The notes under the pieces: model-generated
What the model was told of the DNA's origin: nothing
The model's input: the letters and a program-made list of their open reading frames with translations, nothing else
Database searches by the model: none
Origin: Phyllobates terribilis
Taxonomy: Eukaryota
Direction: 5' to 3'
Length of the DNA stretch: 64,000 bases
Assembly: GCF_046119375.1 (NCBI RefSeq)
Contig: NW_027362762.1
Coordinates: 127,348,001 to 127,412,000 of the forward strand
Translations under genes and position numbers: made by a program
Shown here: piece after piece, positions 23,772 through 33,450 of the stretch
Layout: every line of letters starts with the position of its first letter
Position numbering within the stretch: the stretch's first letter is position 1

Positions 23772-26700
23772 TGTTATGCACACGCCCGGGCTAAGCGGCG
23801 TGTGCGTGTGATTGGTAGTGATTCCACTGGACCGTGCCGGAGAGTGAATGCCTGGAGGGGCGTGACTAAGTATTCACCCGATCCGACCAGGGTCGCACGA
23901 CGGCATACGACGCCAGTGCACCAAGGAGGAACCGAGCAGAGGGACCAGGTGCTACTCCAGGACAGACCCCGGACACGGCTGTTGACCCACACAGGGGAAT
24001 ACAGGAACAGGCTGGTAGGCTGGCACACAGACTGGTGGGTATAGGCAGGCACGACTGGTATGCAGGCAGGCGGGTATGCAGGCAGGGGGGTAAAGGCAAG
24101 CACAGCTAGAGTGCAGACAGGGAGGCACTAGCAGGTAGGAACACAGGCGGGATAGGACCCAGTACACACCGGGACACAGGAACAATACAGGCAAAGGGGT
24201 ACAGGCAAGCACGGCTAGAGTGCAGACAAGGCTGAGCAGGGAGGACAGGGCTCTGTTCACACGGAACAGACAGGAAGGGAAAGGCAGAGCCAGACACCCA
24301 CAGGGTACTTGCAGTGAAGTAGCGAGTGGACCACAAACTCACAAACGGGAGTACAGAGACAACTGGCAGGAGTTAGGTACGAGTACAGACTCTGCAGAAA
24401 AAGGAAGGGAACGGACATAGAGGCAAAAACAGGTAAAGGATAGGAGAGAGTTCAGACTGGAACTGAGTGTATGGAGGAGACCGACACTGCAGCGGGATAC
24501 AGGAGCGGGTCTGGGAATACTGCCCCCAGAGAGGCGGGACGAACAGGCAAGGAGCGTGTTCAGACAGGACAGACAAGATACAGGAGCGGGTCTAGGAAAT
24601 CGGCCCCTAGAAGGCAGGAGGAACAGGCTAGGAGCGTGTTCAGACAGGACAGACAAGAAAACACAGAAAGGACTCAGTACAGACACGGGAGCTGAAACCG
24701 CAAAGCAGGAGAAATACAGGACTCAGTTCAGACAAGGGAGCTGATACCACAAAGCAGAAGACATACAGGACACAGTTCAGACACGGGAGCTGATACCGCA
24801 AAGCAGGAGACATACAGGACTCAGTTCAGACACGGGAACTGATACAAAAAGCAGGAGACAAGAGACGGGACCTGGCACCTTCAGAGTGCAAGCACACACT
24901 GAAGGAAACACTATGCTCAGGCAGGGATAGAAGGGAGCTGCTGAGCTATATACCAAGTGACAGACAGCAATAGGCTGAGGACGCACAAGGGGTGTGACCC
25001 ACAGCAGGTACAAAAGGCAGGAAGTGATCGGGCGCCGCCCTTAAGCAGCAGAAACAGACACAAACAGACAGCATGGAGGGAAGCCAGAGAGACATTCTGG
25101 ACAGGAGATCAAGTGCGCCCTCTTGCACAGTGGGAGATGGACCACCATGCAAGGACGCCGCCAGGTATGTTACAGTACCTCCCCCCTTACGCCCCCTCTT
25201 CTTCAGGCCTGCCAGAATCTTCCGCAGGGAATTCGAGGGCCAGTCGTTCACTGGGTTGGAGGGGGACAGAGACTTAAGGGTAATCTCTGCTTCGAGGTAC
25301 ATCTTGTCAAGCTCACAGGAAGAAATAGACGGGTTATCACGTACATAATGAGGAAAAGTCACTGTCTCTTTGTTATCTGGTGGTATACCGGAGGATTCAG
25401 GAAACAACTGGAGGTCCTCCGCCGGGTCAGAAGAGTGCAGAGGCTCAGAGAAAACAACTGCTTCAGAGTACACTAGGTCGGACTCACTGGAGGAAGCAGG
25501 CGAGGTATCGGGTACCGAGTATAGGAAAGTCTCTGTCCATTCACCACCAGGTGGCACCCCGAAGGGTTCTGGAGACAGCTGGCGGTCCTCCGCCTGGTCA
25601 GAGGGGTGTAGAGACTCACGGGTAACCTCTGCTTCAGAGTACACTAGGTCGGACTCACTGGAGGAAGCAGGCGAGGTATCAGATCTAGGATATAGGAAAG
25701 TCTCTGTCCATTCACCACCAGGTGGCACCCCGAAGGATTCTGAACACAACTGGAGGTCCTCCGCCTGGTCGGAGGGGTGTAGAGACTCAGGAGTAACCTC
25801 TGCTTCGGAGTACACTAAGTTGGACTCACTGGACGAAGCGAGCGAGGTATCAGGTACAGAGTATAGGAGAGTCTCTGTCCTTTCGCTACCAGGTAGCACC
25901 CCGAAGGGTTCAGGAGACAACTGGAGATCCTCCGCCTGGTCGGAGGGGTGTAGAGACTCGGAGGTAACTACCACTTTGGGGTACCCATTGTCAGGCTCAC
26001 AGGACGAAGCGGACAAAGTATTGAGTACCGGGTGTAGAGAAGTCTCTCTCCATTTGTCATCGAGTGGTATCCCGGAGGGTTCAGGAGGCAACAGGGGATC
26101 CTCCGCCAGGTAGTAGAGGTGCACAGACTCTGAGGTAACCACAGCTTTGGAGCATCCTTGGACATGCACACCGGTTAAAGAGAAAGAAGCATCTGATGCC
26201 GGGTGCAGGAAGTTCTCCTGTGTGGAGTCTGGATGGGCAGAAGTCTCTTCGGCCAGGAGAACTGGTGCACTACCCACGCACATTACCCATTGGGGTTTCT
26301 CCGGGATACAGGGAGATGAAGCTTCAGTAGGGACTTCAAGGTTGGGGCCAGGAGGTCTCAGGGAGGACAGACCCCGGCGTGACGGCTTGCCTCTAAGTCT
26401 AGCACGTCTGGACTGCCTCTTGAGGTTGAGAGAAGTATTCCGGAAAGCGTAGTCACCCCGTGAGGATTCTGGGTGGGCAGTAGTCTCATTGGGCTGGAGG
26501 ACTATTGCGCTACCCACACACATCACCCGTCGGGGCTGCTCCGGGATATTGGGAAGTGAAGCTTCAGCAGGGGCTTCAGAGTTAGGGTCCTCGAAGACCA
26601 TACGAAAGGCCACCAGGAAGGCCTGCAGGTCAAGGATGACAGGATCCCATGCTTCCCATAGGGGGGTGACCCATTTCAAGGCATCACCCGCTAGGTAGTC

Positions 26701-28397
26701 AATCATAAAGGCCACTTTAGCCCAATCGGAAGGAAAATAGAGAGGGTAGGCCTTAAAGTGTAGCATGCATTGCTCCACAAATGCACGACACTGTCTTGGA
26801 TCCCCATAGTAACGTGGCGGATCCGCAGGAACGAGGGCTGATAGATCCATCTGGACGGGTGCGTAATTCGCCTGGAACTCAGCTAAAGGGGGAAAAAAAA
26901 TTTATTTATTTTATTTTAATGCATGTATTCGCTGGAAAAACTTCTCAAAGAGCGAAGGCCGTGGGGCTCAACGGGAACCATGGCCTGAGCATGCTGTTAT
27001 GCACACGCCCGGGCTAAGCGGCGTGTGCGTGTGATTGGTAGTGATTCCACTGGACCGTGCCGGAGAGTGAATGCCTGGAGGGGCGTGACTAAGTATTCAC
27101 CCGATCCGACCAGGGTCGCACGACGGCATACGACGCCAGTGCACCAAGGAGGAACCGAGCAGAGGGACCAGGTGCTACTCCAGGACAGACCCCGGACACG
27201 GCTGTTGACCCACACAGGGGAATACAGGAACAGGCTGGTAGGCTGGCACACAGACTGGTGGGTATAGGCAGGCACGACTGGTATGCAGGCAGGCGGGTAT
27301 GCAGGCAGGGGGGTAAAGGCAAGCACAGCTAGAGTGCAGACAGGGAGGCACTAGCAGGTAGGAACACAGGCGGGATAGGACCCAGTACACACCGGGACAC
27401 AGGAACAATACAGGCAAAGGGGTACAGGCAAGCACGGCTAGAGTGCAGACAAGGCTGAGCAGGGAGGACAGGGCTCTGTTCACACGGAACAGACAGGAAG
27501 GGAAAGGCAGAGCCAGACACCCACAGGGTACTTGCAGTGAAGTAGCGAGTGGACCACAAACTCACAAACGGGAGTACAGAGACAACTGGCAGGAGTTAGG
27601 TACGAGTACAGACTCTGCAGAAAAAGGAAGGGAACGGACATAGAGGCAAAAACAGGTAAAGGATAGGAGAGAGTTCAGACTGGAACTGAGTGTACGGAGG
27701 AGACCGACACTGCAGCGGGATACAGGAGCGGGTCTGGGAATACTGCCCCCAGAGAGGCGGGACGAACAGGCAAGGAGCGTGTTCAGACAGGACAGACAAG
27801 ATACAGGAGCGGGTCTAGGAAATCGGCCCCTAGAAGGCAGGAGGAACAGGCTAGGAGCGTGTTCAGACAGGACAGACAAGAAAACACAGAAAGGACTCAG
27901 TACAGACACGGGAGCTGAAACCGCAAAGCAGGAGAAATACAGGACTCAGTTCAGACAAGGGAGCTGATACCGCAAAGCAGAAGACATACAGGACACAGTT
28001 CAGACACGGGAACTGATACCGCAAAGCAGGAGACATACAGGACTCAGTTCAGACACGGGAACTGATACAAAAAGCAGGAGACAAGAGACGGGACCTGGCA
28101 CCTTCAGAGTGCAAGCACACACTGAAGGAAACACTATGCTCAGGCAGGGATAGAAGGGAGCTGCTGAGCTATATACCAAGTGACAGACAGCAATAGGCTG
28201 AGGACGCACAAGGGGTGTGACCCACAGCAGGTACAAAAGGCAGGAAGTGATCGGGCGCCGCCCTTAAGCAGCAGAAACAGACACAAACAGACAGCATGGA
28301 GGGAAGCCAGAGAGACATTCTGGACAGGAGATCAAGTGCGCCCTCTTGCACAGTGGGAGATGGACCACCATGCAAGGACGCCGCCAGGTATGTTACA
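23772..28397 (-). mobile_element. Non-autonomous LTR element C (LARD-like) inserted in the integrase of B
   Basis: 1403-bp LTRs 23772-25174 and 26995-28397 (three differences seen); 5-bp TSD AGTAG (23767-23771, 28398-28402); PPT ~25178-25205; 1820-bp internal region without pol. Confidence 0.96.
24946..26850 (-). CDS. 634-aa Gag capsid / acidic-repeat fusion protein of element C
   Basis: Uninterrupted ORF; PPRYYGDPRQCRAFVEQCMLHF...AKVAFMIDYLAGDALKW...FRMVFEDP is a sushi/RTL-type capsid; two ~43-aa repeats, a basic patch, five-plus 57-aa (171-bp) repeats; stop lies inside the 3' LTR. Confidence 0.75.
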   Translation of the reverse strand: MDLSALVPADPPRYYGDPRQCRAFVEQCMLHFKAYPLYFPSDWAKVAFMIDYLAGDALKWVTPLWEAWDPVILDLQAFLVAFRMVFEDPNSEAPAEASLPNIPEQPRRVMCVGSAIVLQPNETTAHPESSRGDYAFRNTSLNLKRQSRRARLRGKPSRRGLSSLRPPGPNLEVPTEASSPCIPEKPQWVMCVGSAPVLLAEETSAHPDSTQENFLHPASDASFSLTGVHVQGCSKAVVTSESVHLYYLAEDPLLPPEPSGIPLDDKWRETSLHPVLNTLSASSCEPDNGYPKVVVTSESLHPSDQAEDLQLSPEPFGVLPGSERTETLLYSVPDTSLASSSESNLVYSEAEVTPESLHPSDQAEDLQLCSESFGVPPGGEWTETFLYPRSDTSPASSSESDLVYSEAEVTRESLHPSDQAEDRQLSPEPFGVPPGGEWTETFLYSVPDTSPASSSESDLVYSEAVVFSEPLHSSDPAEDLQLFPESSGIPPDNKETVTFPHYVRDNPSISSCELDKMYLEAEITLKSLSPSNPVNDWPSNSLRKILAGLKKRGRKGGGTVTYLAASLHGGPSPTVQEGALDLLSRMSLWLPSMLSVCVCFCCLRAAPDHFLPFVPAVGHTPCASSAYCCLSLGI

Positions 28398-31300
28398 AGT
28401 AGGAACGCCATGAAGTCTGACAATTTCCTTGACAAAGGCCTTAGCGAGAGTTTTAGCGCAGGGCAGTTTGATGAAGGGAACCAAGTGACACATCTTACTA
28501 AAACGGTCCACGACCACCCAGATGACAGTAAAACCCTCAGAGGGGGGAAGGTCAGTTATAAAGTCCATAGCCAAATGTGTCCAAGGAGCACTGGGGACCT
28601 CCAAAGGACAAAGCAACCCCGCAGCAGGAGTATGTGAGGACTTAGATCTAGCACATACAGTACATTGGCGTACCCACTTAATGACTTCCTTCTGCCATCC
28701 AGGCCACCAAAAACTGCGACCCACCAGTCTCTTGGTCTCAGAGATTCCGGGATGACCTGCCAACCGAGATTCGTGACACTCAACAAACAAATCTCTCCTA
28801 AAGGTCCCAGGCACAAACAACCTCCCATGAGGAGTGTTAGATGGGGCATTCTCCTGAGCTTTAAGAATCTCATCTTCCAAAACGGACTCTAAAGCAGCTA
28901 TCACAACACCTTCTTGTAAAATGTTTTCCTCTTTCTCAGCACCGACTATGGGAGAAAAACTGCGAGACAAGGCATCCGCCTTAACATTCTTAGTACCAGG
29001 GATGTAAGTAACGGAGAAATTAAACCGCGAGAAAAACAGTGCCCACCTAGCCTGACGGGCATTCAGGCGCTTGGCAGCGTCAAGATATATCAGATTTTTA
29101 TGATCCGTAAGAACCTGAACGGGAAATTCCGCACCTTCCAAGAAGTGGCGCCAGTGTTCAAATGCGAGTTTAATAGCCAATAATTCCCGATTACCAATAT
29201 CGTAATTCAATTCAGTCTCCGAAAATTTTTTTGAAAAAAAGGCACAGGGATGTAATCCATCCCCGTTATCCTGAGACAATACTGCGCCAACCCCCACAGA
29301 GGAAGCATCAACCTCAACCAAAAACGGCCTAGTAACATCAGGCTGCATAAGGATGGGAGCAGAGGTGAACCTCTCCTTGAGATACACAAAAGCTTCAATG
29401 GCCTCAGAAGACCACTGAACCGCATCAGCACCTTTCCTGGTGAGATCAGTCAGAGGTTTGACAATACTAGAAAAATTTTTTATGAATTTTCTATAGTAAT
29501 TGGCGAAACCCAAAAACCTCTGTATCGATTTCAAACCAATAGGCCTAGGCCATTCCTGCACAGCCTGAACCTTAACCGGATCCATCTCAAAACCTTTGCT
29601 GGAGATAATGTAGCCCAAAAAACTAATTCTCTGTACAGCGAACTCACATTCTCCAGCTTAGCAAAAAGCGAATTGTCCATTAATAACTGTAATACCTCAC
29701 GCACGCTCCGCCAATGAGACTCCAGATCTGGCGAATAAATCAAAATGTCATCCAAATACACAACCACATTTTTACCGATCAAAGGTCTAAGGATGTCATT
29801 AATCAGATTCTGAAAAAATGCAGGAGCATTAGTAAGACCAAAAGGCATAACCAGATTCTCAAAATGACCCACAGGAGTGTTAAAAGCAGTCTTCCATTCA
29901 TCACCCTCCTTCATGCGCAACAGATTGTATGCCCCCTTAAGGTCAATTTTAGAGAACCACTTGCCCCCAATAACTGGTTAAACAGATCAGGAATCAATGG
30001 CAGTGGGTAAGGATTGCGTACCGTAATTTTGTTAATCTCACGAAAATCCAGACAAGGACGTAAACCGCCGTCCTTTTTTTTTACAAAAAAAAATCCAACC
30101 GCCACAGGAGACTTAGAGGGCCTAATGTGACCGGCGGCCAAACTTGTCTGTATGTATTCCTCCAAAGCCTTCCTCTCAGAAATAGTAAGGTTAAATAAAC
30201 GACTTTTAGGAAGAGTCGCTCCAGGGACAAATTCAATAGAACAATCATAGTCTCTATGGGGAGGCAAAACCTGCGATTCCTTCTCAGAAAAAACTCTCCA
30301 AAAATCCTGAATAGGAACAGGCAATTCTCCCCTATCCAAAGCTGCAATACGCCCGTTACAACACTTGTCATAACATTTATGGCTCCAGGATTTAATTTCA
30401 CTGGTAGACCAATCCAGTACAGGATTGTGACATTTTAACCAGGGCAATCCCAATATTACTGGAGAAGGCAAGTTATTCAACACTACCAAATCCAATTTCT
30501 CATGGTGAACACCATTAATAGTGAGAGGAAATTCACAGACCTTGAGAGTAATATTCTTCAAAGGGGAGCCATCCACAGAAACCACAGCAATGGGGGATGA
30601 TAAAGGTTCAGGTTTTAAATTGAGTTTTTCCACGAATCCCCCATCAATTACATTCAGTGTAGACCCGCAATCAACAAACACCCGAAATTCCATTAATTTT
30701 TCCTGAGCAATCGTGGAAGCAGCTAAAAATACACCCTTGGAATTTAAACAGGCAATACGGGCATGACTGACCATTTTTTTTTCTTTCTTCATACGAAGCT
30801 CACAGCCTTTAATCAAATGACCAGATTTTCCGCAATAGAAACACAAGCCTTTCGAAAAACGACGGTCTTTTTCTTGAGAGCGAGGTGCCACCGATCCAAT
30901 CTCCATCGGTTCACCACTGTTAGTACACACATTATCATAACCAGAAACTGACATAGCAGAGGATTTGCTCTCATTAACCCTAGCACGCAGTCTTCTATCC
31001 ACCCGAATAGCTAATTGCATAGCCTGTTGCAAATCCTCAGGTGTAGGATAAGCAATTAGCAGGTCTTTAACCCTTTCACTGAGCCCAGCAAGAAATAGAC
31101 TTTTCAGAGCAGAATCGTTCCACCCTGTTTGAGTGGACCAACGATGAAAATGTGTACAATATTTTTCGACATTACCTGATCCTTGTTTTAAACGTCTCAA
31201 CTCAGTTTCAGCTGATGCGACACGGTCAGGATCATCATATAATAGTCCTAAAGCAGAAAAAAAACTATCCACTGATCTGAAGCATGTATCACTAGGTTGC

Positions 31301-31581
31301 AAAGAAAAGGCCCACTCCTGAGGCTCTTTGCGCAAAAGTGACATTATGAACCCTACGCGCTGGGATTCATCCCCAGAGGACTTGGGTCTCAAACGAAAAT
31401 ACAATAAGCAAGCATTTTTAAATGAAAAAAATTCTCGATGTTCACCAAAAAATAAATCCGGCAAACATACCTTAGGCTCCAAGAAATGTGCTCCAGAACA
31501 GTTACTCACGTGCTGACGGAGCTCGGCCACTTCCAGAGAGAGTCCCTGCAGGCGATGAGCCAAATCCTGAACCGACACCAT
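28398..31581 (-). pseudogene. gag-pol of B, 5' part: capsid, CCHC knuckle, protease, RT, RNase H, integrase N-terminus
   Basis: CFYCGKSGHLIKGC; FVDCGS; VVYLDDI; VDASSVG; HLAMDF; two -1 frameshifts (~29960, ~29650); cut by element C at 28398. Confidence 0.93.
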
Positions 31582-33450
31582 GATGGAACAGAAAAATCTT
31601 TCCTTAGAGAATTTGCTGGCTGGACTTACTGTTATGTTCTGCTACCAGAGCTAAGGAAAGAGAGGAGATCTGTCCCTACGATAGAACTCAGCTGAATCCC
31701 TACGATGTAACAGGGAACCTGATCCTGCGATCAGACCTGCTAAAGTCCTAAGCTAGTCTGTACGAAGACCTATAGATGTGGGGGAGGAATCCCTACAAGT
31801 ACTAAGGACTGGGAGGAATATGGGACACCTCCTAACAGAAATAGTAGCAGACAGACGAACAAACAAAATATAAAGAACATAGAGGTCAGTAAACCAAGCA
31901 AACTAACAGAGCAAGACACAGAGCACAGGCTAGCTAGAAAGTAGATATACAATGAAGTCCAGCAAAACCAGAAGGGCGGAGCAGGATTAAATAGGCCAAC
32001 AAGGTCATGTGACCAGCAAAGGAAAAAACCTAAGAGCAAGGTTCTAACAGTGCTCACCCGTATGGCCGGTGACTCGGGGCCTTCTAGTAGCTTCCGCTCC
32101 ACGACGGCGGTGCTGGTCCCATGCGTGTGACCGTGCCTTCGGGTTTCTTGGCCAGAGGACCTGAAATCCCCTGCCTGACGGATTCTGCTGCTGGGTAGGA
32201 GTTAGTCCCCACAGCCTCGGACTCCGGGTCCGGTAAGAAATCTTCTCAGTCAGGGCGAGCTCTGCAGCTGCCAGCCCCTGACTCCTTGTAACACTGCTCC
32301 CACAGAGCTCCTGTTGTTTCTTCCCATAGCTGCTTCTCTTCTCTGTCTCTACTTCTGGCATGGCCCAGGAGCTGGGCCCAGCCGGAGCCACAGCTCCCTG
32401 TCAGCCCTCCTGGCTGAACTCTCCCTCTGAACTCTCTAACCCTGCCTCAGCCCCAGGTTTATATAGGGGAAGTTCTTCCCCTCCCAGGACTGGGCAGGAG
32501 GTGTGGCATGCATAGGATTCCTGACCAAGAGACCTCCCACCTGCTCTCAGACATAACATTGCTGTTACTGTGGAAACCAGACCCCTGGGGTGCCACAGAA
32601 GGAGAAAAAGGGGGCTTTCACTGCTTATTTTATGGGCACAAACAAATTTGAAAACCCCTGTTAAAATCCTACATTTGTTTTGATACCCAGAATACACAGG
32701 GCTATATTACTAGTGACTACTTCTTTGCATGTGATATGCAAGGTGAAATTGTCCTTGGAAAAATGTGAGTTGTATATAAGCAAAGAAAAGAAAACCACAA
32801 AGCTGCATTAAATCTGATGGCTGCGAGTCCTTCCTGGATTGCTGTCATTATTCCTGCAATTACAGTAGACTTTTTTTCAGCAGATGTGACCCCCATCTCA
32901 TTACTTCTTGACTATAGTGTTTGGGGGCCTGCACTATTGAACCCCTGTCTATAATTACAATGAAGGTGCTGGAGCTGTGTCATTAAAATGGGCAAATTAT
33001 CTTAGAGTAAATTAATTTTCTGTAAATCAAATCATCATGGCTATTAAAAAATTCTGTCAGGAGCCAAAATTAAAAATCACTTTTTTTTTGTTCTTGCATT
33101 TATGATCTGTAGCAAAATAGATTATTTTATTCATCCACTTAATTCCAATTAATTCCACGTGTCTCATTTATATATGCCCACACAATAGGGACCTAAAGTA
33201 AGCAAATATGAGATATGTAGCAATCCCGTAACATTATGATTCTTATAAAACCCACTTTCCTCTGAAAAAAAAAATATTATTTTGCAATAATTCTAGAACA
33301 TGGAAATTTTAGTAGATTACTTCTTTTGGTTTATAGGACAACAATTGTGGCACCTCTGTACCACTTGTTCCATTATGTGCCCTGTAGTCTGTAAGAAAAA
33401 CTCCCTGTTGGATCAGTAGTAAATGTGAAAATAGGAAATTTTGTAATATA

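Larger units (their letters stand above)
22453..32049 (-). mobile_element. Full-length chromovirus B (Tf1/sushi group) inserted in the 5' LTR of X
   Basis: 420-bp LTRs 22453-22872 and 31630-32049 (one difference seen); 5-bp TSD GTGCT (22448-22452, 32050-32054); PPT at ~22876-22885. Confidence 0.96.
19508..32597 (-). mobile_element. Non-autonomous Ty3/gypsy LTR element X (two 1069-bp LTRs, 1.35-kb internal region); host of B and C
   Basis: 3' LTR 19508-20576; 5' LTR 21927-22452 + 32055-32597; 4-bp TSD GAAG (19504-19507, 32598-32601); PPT next to 20576; tRNA PBS; about 7 LTR differences by eye. Confidence 0.92.
19241..32660. mobile_element. T2-like MITE split by element X (parts 19241-19507 and 32598-32660)
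   Basis: TTAA-AGGGATTTTCC at left, GAAAACCCCTG-TTAA at right; halves become contiguous once X and one GAAG copy are removed. Confidence 0.5.

Noticed and set aside
23774-25013. Many short ORFs duplicated at +3223 bp
   Set aside because: Chance ORFs in the GC-rich LTRs of element C; duplicated because the LTRs are.
25370-26113. 247-aa plus-strand ORF antisense to the C ORF
   Set aside because: Mirror of the 171-bp repeats; no independent start context or domain.
24946-26850. Domesticated host gene (LDOC1/RTL/PEG10 orthologue) or env gene
   Set aside because: It lies between two nearly identical LTRs with a TSD, so it is part of a recent mobile element; no signal peptide, fusion peptide or clear transmembrane layout for env.
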